Shown: piece by piece, positions 1 through 14,060 of the stretch
Position numbering within the stretch: position 1 is the first letter of the stretch
Layout: each line of letters begins with the position of its first letter
DNA from: Eledone cirrhosa
Taxonomy: Eukaryota
Reading direction: 5' to 3'
NCBI GenBank assembly: GCA_964016885.1
Contig: OZ024741.1
Coordinates: 41,106,001-41,170,000, forward strand
DNA length: 64,000 bases
Made by a program: the position numbers and the translations under genes
Notes under the pieces: generated by a model
What the model was told of the DNA's origin: nothing
Seen by the model: the letters and a program-made list of their open reading frames with translations, nothing else
Databases searched by the model: none

Positions 1-1462
1 CTTTGTCCATCTTAGAAGAGTCATGTGTCATCCTTCATCACCCTATTTACTCATTGGTTTCAGTGATAAATCTTCATACAGCACAAATCACTAAATAGTT
101 TATAAAAAGTAAATGGACCTGTTGGTTTCAACAGTTGGTGTTCCAGTTGTTTCATCAATGGAATGGCCTCCTGCTTGTGAATTTAATATACAAGTGATTG
201 AGCATTCCACAAACAGTTGAACCCATAATGTAATTCTCACAGAGCTCCAGAAATTGTCCACATAGCCTTGAGGATGCATAGAATCCAGTTAAAGAACAAC
301 TGCTCCATATTAATAAAACTATACATTGTACACCTAGCTATATAGTACACCTGGTTTCACATATTTTTAAGCTAATAAACAGCAAATATTGTCTCATACT
401 ATACATTATGCAGTTCACATTAAGGTAAATAGATAGATAGGTATGGAAGTGGTTAGATAAATGTGAAAGAAGAAAATATGGCAATACTTGAAACAGAAAT
501 AGTCAGTTAAATAGCTTTCTATCTACATAGATACATTTGGGACTTACACTACCATCCTCACCATCACAACCCTTTAGCATTGAAACTGGCCAGAATTCTA
601 TCACCTCTTTCTGTTCAAACCGGCTTTAACTGGCCACTCATACTGATGTTAAGGTATTGTTCTCAAAATAAATAAAATAAAAATCTCATGATTCAATATT
701 ATGTGAGATAATTATGTGAAGTAAAGTCTTTAGTGTGAAAATATAATAGTAAATATAGAATTATGTAAATAGTAAAAGGTTATAGGGAACAATGTGTATA
801 TATACTTGGATACATACTACATGCATGTGGGTGAGAGAGAGAGAGATGCTGAGGGATGGAAAGAGTGGGATATATATATATATATAAATATCATTCTTTT
901 CCATTTATATATATATACAGAGAGAGAGAGATACTGAGGGATGGAAAGAGTGGGAGAGATTGAGAAGGATACAAAGAGCGAGAGAGAGAACTAATAGTTT
1001 CTTTTCAGAAACAATTGCACTTTCAGGCCTTTTTTTTTCATTATATCCATGACTTAAACTGGAGAGTTCTGTTTAAAGTACACACATCACAACAACAACA
1101 ACAATAATAATAAAGACAGTGAATGATATATGACATGATTCAAATATCAAAGGTTACTACTGGCAATGTTGGATTTTATTTCAACAGGTTGGAGTCAGTT
1201 TCTTTATATCTAAGACATAGATTCTTTCTCCTTCAGTAGAAACTGTTGAAATAAAATTTTGGCATCGTGAAAAGTGAAAAAAAAAAAAAAAAAAAAGAAT
1301 TTGAAAAAATTCTTGTTCTTACAGATTTCTTTGGTTAAGAAAAGAAAAGTGAAGAAAAAATATAAAAAAAATCATATTTAGTTAGTCATGCAGAATTTCC
1401 ACTTGATTAAAAACAAATTATATCATCACCATCATCATAATGAATTTGTAACTATAGTTGTA

Positions 1463-2090
1463 ATTTCTACTGTATGCTCAACACCAGCACTTTTTGGAGG
1501 GGAGGGAAAGTCGATTAAATTAACCTCAGTGCATTACAGGTACTTTATTTTATCGACCCTGTTAGGATGAAAAGCAAATTACTACCTCGGCGAGATTTGA
1601 ACTCAGAATCTAAAGGGACATAACTATGTCACAAATCCTGATGTCCGACACTCTACCAATACTGCCAATACCCTATCTATAGTAATAAGATTCTTTTCTA
1701 ACAGAAGTGAAAGGCCAGAAATTTGAGAACAAGAAGTAATGAAAAGAGATTGACACCAGTATTTGACTGGTACTATATTTTATTGAAACTAGAAGGGTGA
1801 AAAGCTAAGCTGACCTCAGCATGATTTGAACTCAGAATATAAAGAACCTGAAAAAATACCTCAAAGGATTTTCTTTGAGTTTTTGACAATTCTGCCAATT
1901 CACATGATCATAATAAAATGAAATTTCTAATATAAGTACAAAGCCAGAAATTTTTTGTTGTGTAGGAGAGAAATGGAAGGAGCTTAATTGATGAAATTGA
2001 CTCCCACAACTTGACAGGTACATTATTTTATTTATCTTTAGAATGATGAAAAGAATACTTCACCTCAACAGGATTTGAACTCAGAATTCT
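1463..2090 (-). mobile_element. Three tandem SINE copies (minus)
   Basis: Repeated GGTACTTTATTTTATCGACC...GATGAAAAGC...ATTTGAACTCAGAAT. Confidence 0.75.
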
Positions 2091-2480
2091 CATAAGCTCT
2101 GCCCATGACTTTCTTGCTCTACCTCGACTGCAGCTTCCTTCCACTGGCATTTCCTGGCACTTCTTCACCCAATGATCATTTTCCATGCACATCACATGTC
2201 CATATGAATGCAGTCTTCTCTCATGCATACCACCTTGGATTTCTCTTAAATCCAGCTTCTTCTTCAACTCGTCCAAGCTCTGCCTTTCTCTCACATTTCC
2301 ATTGCACATCTAATGGAGCATGGTAGCTTCTTTTCTCTACATGTCCTCTGCAGTCACTGCACATATTTCATTACCATGCAGCATCATACTTCACACACAG
2401 GCATAATACAGTCGTCTTTTTGTAATTAAGGTGAAACCTTTTGTGGTCGACAGTGGAAATAGGTCTCCAAACCTTTTAGA
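2090..2480 (-). mobile_element. Degenerate RTE C-terminal fragment
   Basis: ORF 2028-2309 (MCNGNVRERQSLDELKKKLDLR...RRLHSYGHVM...GRARKSW) is homologous to the RTE C-terminus. Confidence 0.8.
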
Positions 2481-4091
2481 GGCTATATATGTATATATAT
2501 ATGGATCATCAGGTTTTGTAATTATTGTCTGAAACTATCAAACTCAGATTTCAAAATGCCATGTCAACTTTGTCTATATTTTAATTAAAATTTAAAAATT
2601 AAAATGTGATAATCATAGATCCCTCTTCCTATCCACAGTTTTCACCCATTCCACAAGAGCTACATAGATAAATGAAAAAAAATATACAAAGAAAGGAGAC
2701 GATTTTCAGATTGGAATCGAATGAAAGAAAGAATGTTTCCATTGGTCTTTCTATTGCTGATACTATCTGCTGATCACCACTCCTGGCAGGAACCGAGGTT
2801 TGAACTCAGAATGCACTGAACCAGAGCAGATACTGCAAGGCATCTTGTATGACCCCTTAATAATTCTTTCACCTATTGGATTTATTTTGTTTAGAGATCT
2901 TTAAAAAAATGAAAGGTAACATTGACTTCAGCAGGATTTGAACTCAGAGTGCAGGAAGCTGGAATGAATACTAAAGCATTTCATCCAATACTCAAACAAC
3001 TTAGCTAATTTGCCAATAAATAAATAGATAAATAAATAAATAAATAGACCTTTTGCTTAGCCTGTTCTAAGGTCAGAGAACCTGGGAATTGGTATGAAAA
3101 GATTGTCATGATCGATCAAATGTGTTAACATCATTTACACCTACCCTAACATAGTTACAATTAGAGCCATTGGCAATTTGCCATGCTGCTAGCAATCATT
3201 CCTTGTTCAACTAGTTTCCTGAACATATCCTACAGCGACATCGGTGTTGTATTGAACAAGAGGACCATGAGTTTTATTTACAATGGTTGGGCCAGTAATA
3301 TAACAGCGTCTTGACAGAAGGGACATGGGTTCAATTCCATTCTCCTAAGTTGTGTCATTCTTTGGGCAAGGAAAATGAGTTTTCCTTGCACTGGTTGGGT
3401 CAGTAATGTAACAACTTCTCAACATAAGGAACATAGGTTCAATTCTTTTGTTTTTGTGTCCACAGTATTGTGGTGAAAGAACTATTGGGACCACTGTGAC
3501 TATTCTCTTTTTGGCAGCTGCCTAAAGCTGAGAAAGCGAGAGGGAGAGGGGAGAGAGAAGAGTCATATAACCTTCAACAGAGGCCCATTTCAGTTACTGT
3601 CAGCTGAGACTGGAATCAAATCACTACTTCACTCTATTTTCAAAAGACCATTAGATTAGATAATGCTATGACCAATATTGAAATAATCTTTCTTTAAACT
3701 GTTTCACTTTACTTTCAAAGAAACAGAGGTTAGTGACACATCCAATGTTTGAAATACATATTAATCTTTCTTATATAATGTCACAGTGAATCAGGGAAAT
3801 AATAATATATCTAGTATCAAGTTAGTCTAAGTTATATAATGTCATATTGAGCCAGTGTAATAATGATATCTAGTATCAAGTAAGAATCACTGAGGGATTA
3901 TCAAATAGAACAGTAACTATGTAAAATAAAAACTGATAAATATATATGAGATAACTAGCTTTGGTAACGAGTTCTCTCTATTAGTGCCAACATGCTAAAC
4001 TTTGATTCATTTCCTTTGTCAAATAGAACAGACAACAATTTTCACAGTAATATCATTGACCGATTGAACAAAAAAAAAGATCAATATATTT

Positions 4092-4462
4092 CATGTGGTG
4101 GTGGTAGTGGTCGTGGTGGTGGTGTTGATGATAGTGGTGGTGATGATCATGATGGCAATGATATCGGTAGTGATAATAAGGGTTTTGGTATCGATGATGA
4201 TGATGATAATGATGATGATAATGATGGTGGTGGTGGCGGTGGTGATAGTGATGGTGATGGTAGTGGTGATGGTGGTGATAGTGATGATCATGACGATGAT
4301 AATGATATTGGTGCTGCTGTTGTTGATGATGATGATGATGACAGAAGTAATGGTTAATGGTTTTCTGTAACCATTCCCAGGCCGAGTAATAAAGACTAAC
4401 TACTGTTGTGTTATGTTCACTGTTAAATAAAAACTTCAGCTATATGGGAGTGTGTGTATGTA

Positions 4463-4511
<49 letters not shown>

Positions 4512-4616
4512 ATATATATATCTACATATACAGTATATATGTATATATCTATCATATCTGTATATATACATGTATGTATATATATATATATACACATATG
4601 TATACATACATGTATG

Positions 4617-4659
<43 letters not shown>

Positions 4660-4720
4660 CCCTCCCAAAGTATAACAATATATATATATACTTAAACATC
4701 TATATACATACATATATGTA
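4092..4720. repeat. (GGT/GAT)n followed by (TA/TG)n microsatellites
   Basis: Direct reading. Confidence 0.95.
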
Positions 4721-5633
4721 TACAAAAAGAAATGTCATGGTGGTGGTTGTAGTAGTATTAGTAGAAATAGCAGTAATAGTAGTAGCAGCAGTAATAGTAG
4801 ACTTTTTGTGTAAACAACATATTATTTGTTAGCATCAGAATGTAAGTTAGTGATAGCAACAATAAAAATAACCATCTTGATCTTGCTAGTTCACCTCAGG
4901 CCAAAGATACAGTGTTTTTTAAGGCTATACATTGTTTATTGTGGTGCACCAGTTGAAGAATATCTTGGATTAACTAGAATAAATATACTGTTGATGTCTG
5001 GAATCAAGATTATAAGTTAAACAGACTCTAAATGAAGTGTTGTTTCTATCTCCAGATAAGAAGAATGATGTTGATCATGAAGTATATGAGTTAAGATCTG
5101 ATATTGTTATTGTTCAGAAAGTGAAAACACCATGCTGGGTAAGGGATGTTCCATTACTAGGGGCTACATGCTGGGTAAGGGATGTACCATTAATAGGGGG
5201 TAACAGAGTATATAGTAATGTAAAGGAAATGATTGAGCTGTACCAAAACCTAAAGGGAGAGCTCTACTAATTGCAGGGCATGAAGAAAGGATTGAAGTCA
5301 AAGTAGCAGAGGGTGCCTTGCACAGAGTAATTAAAATAAGAATATGGATTGTTAGATTTAAAATTAAGATCTGTAAAGAACTTCTTCAAACAATGGTACA
5401 ATAAGATCCTGAGAAAGTTTGTAGGCACAGAAAGCTGAGAAAATGTAGGCGCAGAAAAATAATCTCAGAGATCTTTAACCATCTGTTATGACCTGGTCTT
5501 TCAGATTAATAGATGGCATACGACCATACTGTTGAAATATAATAATAATGGTTTCTTATATAAGCACAAGGCCAGCAATTTTGGGGGAGGGGAAAGTCTA
5601 TTAAATCGACCCCATAAGGATGAAAGGCAAAGC

Positions 5634-5880
5634 TTTGCCAATAAAATCTATCCAGAGTTTCTTTCCTGAGACATTCTAAACTCTTGACCATAGTATCTGA
5701 GCTGTGATCTCTCAATTCGGAGAAGTAGCAGCTCTACCTGGAGTGACTCTCTGATCTCCGAGTTACGTACTGTATCAAGTAATGTTACTCCTAAGTTACA
5801 AAATGGGAGGTCTATGGTGTTAAGCTGGAATCTGACTTCAAATCAGCAAATAGATTGTTCTGGCAGACCATCTGCCGACT
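5634..5880. mobile_element. Two Rex3-like RTE fragments in opposite orientation
   Basis: 5634-5790 matches 35055-35210 (minus). About 5810-5880 reads KLESDFKSANRLFWQTICRL on plus. Confidence 0.6.
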
Positions 5881-5904
5881 TCACAATCTCTGCTGACCAA
5901 ATTA

Positions 5905-6130
5905 TTGCTTGGAAAGAAGTGGAAAAATTGTCAAAATTTAAGGATTTTGAAATATGCAAGATGTGGGGCTAGATATGGGGTATGAAAATAAAGTGTCAGT
6001 AACAATCAGAGGACTAGGTATGATGAAAAACACAGAAGCCATACCAGGGTTCACAACATTACACACTAGCCAGAAAATAACTCTACTAGAAATAGCCTAC
6101 ATCCTGTGCAAGACATTATCAATTCAACAG
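5905..6130 (+). mobile_element. R4/Dong-like LINE C-terminal (restriction-like endonuclease) remnant
   Basis: Broken frames read KEVEKLSKFKDFEI...IPG...QKITLLEIAYILCKTLSI, resembling R4-clade C-termini. Confidence 0.6.
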
Positions 6131-7225
6131 TACAGCACAAATAGAACAATTTTTACACACAACACATCAAATACAATAAACAATTGATAAAATAAAACAT
6201 CACAACTCATGTAAAATATACTCTTCAAGATAAATACCCAATATAATAACACAACTCACATTACACACACCATACACAACACTAGAAACACTAAAATAAG
6301 ATAAGAAACTACAAGTAAAACCAATGTAGCACACTAACATGAGGTGTCTATACTTCCAGAACGCCCCTCAAAATAAGAACACAATGCGGCACATGCCTCA
6401 CGAACAAGGAGGTGCATCAGGTGATGCAGTAGAAACTTGAATGAAATGATGAGAAAAGGTCAAGGATTATCAAGGATTTAACCATCTTTACATAGAATTA
6501 TTAAATTAGATATTTTTTACTATAAACATCATCACTTTAGATGGATATTATGCTAGTGTGTATGTGTGTGCATGTCTGTGAGCACACATATGCATGCAGT
6601 AAGCTTCCACACACAAAATTTTATTCACAAGTCATTGGTCAAGCTGAGGTTATATTAGAAGTCACACATGGTGGGTCCGAACCCAAAACCATGTGATTGC
6701 AAAGTATAAACCTTAACTCTACAGCTATGCTTAAACCCTAGAATCTCATAAAGCTTTCCAGTTTATACACAAGGTCAATTATTTAAAAGGGAAAGGCATA
6801 TTATATAGTGCATTGTACTATTCATATTAGTTGAGAGGAGCTGGATTTGATCTGATGAGCTCTAAGTCAGTAAAAAGTATCTATTGAAGACTCAAGTACC
6901 ATTGTGACTTTCAATATCAATAAAAACATGTTCTGGTCAAGTGAATACAGGTTTTGGATAGGAAGATTTTATCAGTTTCAGCTTAGCTTATTAATTTTAA
7001 CCCTTTTGACATTTATTCCAAACAGCAAACCTTACTGATCCTACCATTTTTACCATTCTTTATAGTTGATTGGAAGCAAATGCAAAGTTTCAAAGAATCA
7101 GCTCTTATCACCAACAGCTTGGCCCACTAAGCAGCTATAGAACTGACCTGGAATCAGTATTAAAAAAAAAAGAAGTATATATCTAAACTGCTACTACTTT
7201 CCTTCTTTTCATTTTCACATATATA

Positions 7226-7348
<123 letters not shown>

Positions 7349-7414
7349 ATATATATATATATGTGTGTGTATGTGTGCGTGTGTATGTATGCATATAAAT
7401 TTGTATGTGTGTGT

Positions 7415-7454
<40 letters not shown>

Positions 7455-8049
7455 TTATACACACATACATATAATATTTCTTTTTCTCCTTTTTCTGCTG
7501 GTAATGTTATTTTGTATCTTTGATGTTGGCAGGTCTTCTTTCATAGTAGATATCCCCTAGTCTTGTGAAACTTTACATTAACACAAAGAAGATACAAAAG
7601 AAACAACAGCGATTAACAATACAGTTTTCAGTGAGCAACTTTCTGTGACCAGAACAAAGCCGCTATAAGATAAAGAACTAAGTGGCCATAAAAATGGTTT
7701 TTGGCCAGAGCTGCAAAGCTGTTAAGCATCAGTTTAAGAAGGCAGATATTTTTGAAAATAGAGAAACATGTTTAGTTGGTCCTAAAAGAAATGAGATTGG
7801 CTTGCCTCAGTCACTGCTCAGTCTGGTGTGGATAATGTGACAACAACACTGAGAGATAGTAAACAGTATAGTATAATATCAGGAAGAAAGAATATCCAGA
7901 GAATTTGACTAAATACCAGAGTCAGTGTCAGTCTAAAAAAAGCGATATGAAGAATTTTCTTCCTTCTACACTTTATCTCATAATAATAATACATTTGGTT
8001 TTCTCCTTCATGCTATATATATGATTAGAAGGTCAAAGGAAAAAAAAAT

Positions 8050-8340
8050 TGTAGGTCAGGTTTTATGGGCAAAGTCAAACAGCGGGAGTCCCAGAAGCAG
8101 ACCATAAACAAGACAGTTGGATAACATCCAGAACTTGGCTTGCTCTCGGGTAGGGATCCAGCCAGATCATTTGGAGATGTTGCTTCTAATAGGACCCTGT
8201 GTAAAGTGTGTTTGAGAGTTCTGCCCCCATGAGTCTCCCATGAAAGAAGAAGAAGAAGAAGAAGAAGAAGAAGAAGAAGAAGAAGAAGAAGAAGAAGAAG
8301 AAGAAGAAGAAGAAGAAGAAGAAGAAGAAGAAGAAATAGA
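8050..8340 (+). mobile_element. Rex3/Expander-like RTE extreme 3' end with expanded (GAA)n tail
   Basis: Similar to the reverse complement of 34930-35070 and followed by a long (GAA)n. Confidence 0.55.
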
Positions 8341-8945
8341 AGAAGAAAAAGAAAAAAAGAAGAAATAGAAGAAAAAGAAAAAGAAGAAAAAGAAGAAAAA
8401 GGAGCAGATGAAAAAGAAGATAAAAGAAGAAAAAGATGATAGAAGAAAAAGAATAAGAATAAGGAGAAGAAGAAGAAGAAGAAAAAGAAGAAGAAGAAGT
8501 GATTACCCAATTGGTAAGCCATGCAGCCTCCATCACAGATATCATACTCCACATAGAGTCATTATTAAGGTAATACTTTATAGCCGGATGATCTTTCTAT
8601 CACCAACCCTTATAGTTACCTCTTTCAACATACAGGGACATGGTGTACCTTTTCTAAACTATATATACACAGTCATATATATATAACAACTATATGTATA
8701 TATAGTGGTAAGAGACTCTCAGGAGAGCTGGACAGCAGAAGGTATTCAGAGAAGAAACCCCATCTCAAATGAGTATTTCAACACTTAACTTCTTCACTCA
8801 TATATATATATATATATATACATTCATGTATACATTGCTATTTCAGAGCACCAATCCTAATACCTAATTTCTGGTGGACCGGCAATCGCTCTGTATAATC
8901 AGCTCCTGATTGTTACTGGAATTTATAAGAATCCAGCTTCTATCA

Positions 8946-9036
8946 TTTTCGGCAAAGGTAGGGGAGTACATGGCTCTGATGAACGCCAACCAGCGGGAAA
9001 CAGACTGTCAGCTTCTCTCCCTTCTTTCGCCGAAAA
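8946..9036 (+). ncRNA. Type I hammerhead ribozyme fold
   Basis: GGCT-CTGATGA-a(CGC caacca GCG)g-GAAA-CAGACTG-TC-AGCT. Stem I extends via TTTTCGGC/GCCGAAAA. Predicted cleavage is after GUC at 9009. Confidence 0.8.
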
Positions 9037-9227
9037 GAAGTGACATAGTCACTACTCTAATACTGATAGCATATGGTCTTTTAAATGTTTTTAAACATTA
9101 AACATACGGTATATTGCCAAATACACTATACATACATTTATATATATATAGTAGAATAATCGAGAATCGGAAAAACAGCTCGCGAATCAACGATAAACAA
9201 TATCCGATATGTGTGGCAGAGGGCTCA

Positions 9228-11828
9228 GACCCCACAGCCAGAAATAAATTTCAAAGCATATTACTTGATGCTTTCGACAGTAAGGAAGAGCATCTAGAAT
9301 CGGACAATATAGAGGGACAGTGGGAATTTCTGAAAGCAAACCTGCTGTTGGCGACAGACGAAGTCTGTGGCTGGAGCAGGCCTGTAGGCAGGAGGAGAGT
9401 AACATGGTGGTGGAACAGTAGGGTGGAGGGGTCAATTAAGGCCAAAAAGCAGGCTTGGAAAGTATGGCGGGATGGGGGGAGTAGAGTGGACTATCAAGTG
9501 GCCAGGAGGGAAGCTAGGAGAGAAGTGTACTTAGCAAGAAGGGAAGCTGAGGAAAGAAAGTTCAAGCATGTTCTACAACGCGATGACCAAAAACGTGAGG
9601 TGTTCAGGATTGCTAGGCAATGCGTCAAGGAAAACCGTGATATTGTCGGGGAGAAGTGTGTACTTAACGATGATGGCATACTTGCCATCACCGACACTGA
9701 TAAGAAGGTAGCTTGGAAGTGTCACTATGAAAGGCTACTAAATGAGGAGAATAAATGGGAGAAAGACAGTCTCCCCCATATCGACCCAATAGAGGGACCA
9801 GCAGTGTTAGTCGAGGGGAGTATAATAAGTAAGGCAATCAAGGATATGAAGACGGGTAAGGCGGCTGGGCCTTCGGAAATAGTTGCTGAGATGCTGAAGG
9901 CATCTGGCACGGTGGGACACACCATGGTCACCCGCATAGTTAACCAAGTCGTACAGAATGGGGTTGTTCCGAAGGACTGGCATAGCAGCATCATCGTTAA
10001 CTGTTATAAGGGTAAAGGAGCCGCCCTAGATAGGAGTAACTATAGAGGCATTAAATTAATCGACCAGGTCATGAAGGTCACGGAAAAAGTAATAGCGCAA
10101 CTAATCAGAGAGAGAATTGACCTAGATGAAATGCAGTTCGGGTTTGTGTCAGGCAAAAGCACCACAGACGCTCTTTTCATAGTACGACAACTACAGGAGA
10201 AGTACCTAGCTAAAGGTAAACCCCTCTACTTAGCTTTTGTCGACCTGGAGAAAGCCTTCGACAGAGTCCCCCGCTCCATTATCTGGTGGGCTCTTAGAAA
10301 ACTAGGCGTTGACGAATGGCTTGTGAGGGCTATACAAGCCATGTATAAAGAAACAGTCAGCAAGGTTAGAATTAACAACGAATATAGTGAAGAGTTTAGC
10401 GTAAAAGTTGGCGTCCACAGGGCTCTGTTCCCAGCCCCCTACTATTTATTATTGCTCTTCAGGCTATAACAGAGGAGTTCAAGACAGGCTGCCCATGGGA
10501 ACTCCTATACGCAGACGACCTGACACTCATAGCGGAATCAATGGCCGAGCTAGAGAAGAAATTCCAAACATGGAAGCACGGCCTAGAGTCAAAAGGACTT
10601 AAAATTAACCTGGCTAAGACCAAAGTTCTAGTTTGTAGGAAAGAAAACAAGGCGGCGGTCCCTTCTGGGAAATGGTCGTGCTCGGTGTGTAGGAAAGGCG
10701 TAGGTAGAAACTCCATTTTATGTCCTAAATGCAAAGTATGGGTGCATAAAAGATGTAGTGGGATCACAGGTAAGCTAACTAAGAACATAGATTTTACATG
10801 TGGCCGGTGTTCTGGTGCAATAACTAGCAGCAAGTGCCCACAAAATACTAGTTCTTTCAATTGCGCAGAGGGTTCTATAGAAATAGTGGACAGCTTCCGT
10901 TACCTGGGCGATAAAATCAGCAGTGGGGGAGGGTGCTCTGAAAGTACTGTAGCTAGAGTCAGAACTGGTTGGAAAAAGTTCAGAGAGCTTATACCACTAT
11001 TAGCTGCTAAAGGGTTCTCCCTAAAAATGAAAGGCAGGTTGTACGATGCCTGCATACGAACAGCAATGTTGCATGGTAGTGAGACCTGGGCATTGTGTGC
11101 AGAGGATATACGCAGACTAGAGAGGAACGAAGCTTGCATGCTCCGCTGGATGTGTAACAGTAATATACGTGAACGGCAAAGCATAAACGAACTAAGGAAA
11201 AAATTAGAGATAAGAGGGATCAGATGTTGTTTACTCGAGAGAAGGCTGCGTTGGTATGGACACGTGATGCGCATGAAAGTCGATAGCTGTATAACAAAGT
11301 GCAGGGCAATAAAGATAGACGGTAGCCACGGAATAGGCAGACCTAGAAAAACCTGGGATGAGCTGATAAACTCCGACCTCACACACTTACACCTCTCCAA
11401 GACAATGTCACTGGACCGAGACCTTTGGCGGTACTCAGTAACAGAGAAGACCCGCCTTGCCAGTAGGCATCTCTAACAAAATACACCCCGTCCCGCCACC
11501 ACCCCCACCCCATCCACACCACCCCGTTCTATGTAAAGTTATGTTGGTGCCGCGCCATCCAGGCCGAAACAAATGAGATCGTGTAGGTGTCACGACAAAA
11601 AAACACACAGTCCACGCTGTAATGTGGCCGTGTAGGCAACACCGTAAAAACCTCCCAGACCCACACTGTAAATGTGGTTGGTGTTAGGAAGGGCATCCAA
11701 CTGTAGAAAACCTGCCAGACAGTCCTATGCGAGCAAGACAATCACTCTTGCCTCAAGTGGGACTACCCCCGTCCAAACCCATGCAAGCATGGAACACGGA
11801 CGTTAAACGTTGATGATGATGATGATGA
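9228..11828 (+). mobile_element. 5'-truncated RTE LINE of the same family as 55763-59658, with one frameshift near 10418
   Basis: Near-identical to the long copy from GACCCCACAGCCAGAAAT onward. RT is split over ORFs 9114-10469 and 10541-11476. (GAT)n tail present. Confidence 0.93.
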
Positions 11829-12981
11829 GTCTGTGTTTACTTTTTCTTTATGTCCTGAAAGCTAGAAATCTAAAAAAAAAACAAGATAGATAAAAGAAGC
11901 ATAAAACTTAAAAAAGAAAGTACTGAAGGAAGTGGAGAAAGTGGCATGAATCAATGGCTGCATGGACTATAACAAACACAACCTCCACTAATACATATAT
12001 GGATAAAGATCAACTGTAACCAAATTATCAGGTGACAAAGGCACCGGATAAATCCTTTCAAATTGTGCCCTAGCATGGATGCAGCCTAATGACTGATACC
12101 GCTAATCGAAGAAATGAATGAAAAAATTGTAGAAATGGCCTGTTGAAATATTTTATGAAGGATTCTCACATGAAATACTTGATATTAATGTAGCGCTTTG
12201 TAGCTGTACCCATTTATAAAGAAGAACTAAACAACAATATATTTGACACTCCTTAAGCAATGTTTATCCAGTCATTTAATGTTTAGCCCTATTGACATGA
12301 AAACTGTCAACCAACAACCAATATAACACATCTAAATAACCCATTTCCATAAATAAATTAAACTGATACATATCTAGTAATAAATTGTAAACACAGACTT
12401 GCTGATACAATTAGTTCTCACCCCTTTACTTGCAATTACATTCAATCTTCATATACAAGGGTTTGTGCGTATGTGTGCCTATGTGTATGTGTTTGTGTTT
12501 GTGTACATGTGGAATTATAGAAAACACCAAACAAAAAATGTCTTTTCACTTTATTGAGAAGCCTCTATCTGCAGTTACATAAATGCTAGAGAGCATTAAT
12601 AGATATTATTGCTAGAAATACTGAAAAAAAATCAAGTCTAAAAAAAAGTAAGTTCTCTCTGTGCTACACCCATGGCAGTAATAATACCCAGTATCAGAGG
12701 CAACAGCAATAAATAAGAAGAGGCTTAGTAACAGCTCTAACAAAGAGCCACACTCACAGATGTATGTGTGTGAATCTGTGTGAGTGTGTGTGTGTGTATG
12801 TATTTGTGTATGTGTAGATATATATAATAAAAAGTTACAGTATCGTATATGAGGATAGAAAGAAGAGGTATGTAAATATATATATATATAGTAATAATAA
12901 TAAATTTGAAGACTAAAATCCAAAGAGGGCTCGATAAGGATAAATATATGTCAGATATATAAGAACCGTAGAGCAAATATA

Positions 12982-13067
12982 AATAGGAGAAAGTACGACC
13001 CCGACGGCAGAGCTCAAAACGTCGAAACGTCTTGAACTCTGCCATCGAGGTCGTACTTTCTCCTATT
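12982..13067. repeat. 41-bp-arm hairpin with CGAA loop inside a (TA)n-flanked module (12891-13143)
   Basis: AATAGGAGAAAGTACGACC...ACGT CGAA ACGT...GGTCGTACTTTCTCCTATT, 4 mismatches. Confidence 0.9.
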
Positions 13068-13494
13068 ACCCACTCTACTACCCTAAGTATTGAGTACTCT
13101 GGTGCGTTATGGTCCATCTGGTTCCTTACCACAACTCCTTCGTTATATATATAAATATATACATGTACATATACATATATATGCATATATATGTGTACAT
13201 ATATACATACACATATACATATATATGCATATATATGTGTACATATATACATACACATATACATCCATAGATAGTGTACTAACATTGAACCAAATAAGAA
13301 ATAAAACAATACTTTACAGGTGTGAGCCACAGCATCACCACTGGGTGAGGAGATAGAGAGTGAAACTAATAGAAACAACAGCAATTATAATAGTTTCTAA
13401 TTTCAGCACACGAAAGAGAGAATTCAGTTATATAGACTCCAGTACATGACTGGTACTTTATGCTATCAACGCAGGAAAGATGAAAAGCAAAAGT

Positions 13495-13835
13495 GAGGAT
13501 ACCTCCACGTGTCACTCATGGAGAAAGCCCATAAAAAGCCACGTTAACCTTGATCACTAGGGCAAGTGCCCTCTCTCAGATGTTCTCCTCTAATATACAG
13601 GTTCATACTCAGATCAAGCCCATTCACTCGGACTATGCTTGCCTCTCTCATCCACCTTTCAACAAATTGGTAGGAAAGGCAGCATTTCCCTCTCCATCCT
13701 GATTTTTCTCTTCAATTAGGGCTTTGCCAAAGAGAAAAGTGCTTGTCTTCAAACCTTTCAGTCGTGTCTACCACATGACCTCTTTTACCATGGCCACCAG
13801 GCAGATAAAAATTGCCCGTCTTTCCCCTCTAAAGG
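13495..13835 (-). mobile_element. Tx1/L1-like LINE 3' remnant, lying between SINE pieces
   Basis: The minus strand reads ...LKRKIRMEREML... in broken frames. Family assignment is from remembered similarity only. Confidence 0.4.
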
Positions 13836-14024
13836 TAGATGGTGGAGTGATCTGCACAATGGACTCAGTTGATAATCAGACCCCAGTGCATTACTAGTGC
13901 TTTATTTCATTGACCCTGTAAGGATGAAAGGCAAAGCTAACCTCAGAAGAATTTGAACTCAGAATATAAAAGGACCTAACCCTATGCCTCAAAGCATGAT
14001 GTTCAACATTCTATTGATGATGCC

Positions 14025-14060
<36 letters not shown>

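Noticed and set aside
6852-6890. Isolated CTGATGA hits (also near 22229, 40225, and minus-strand hits near 40883 and 60554)
   Set aside because: No correctly placed GAAA with stems I and III. The 60554 hit is RTE coding sequence and the 40883 hit is MITE sequence.
12982-13067. All four arm mismatches are G-U-compatible on the minus strand, suggesting an A-to-I editing footprint
   Set aside because: Four events are too few to be significant, and subfamily divergence between the two fused tails explains them as well.
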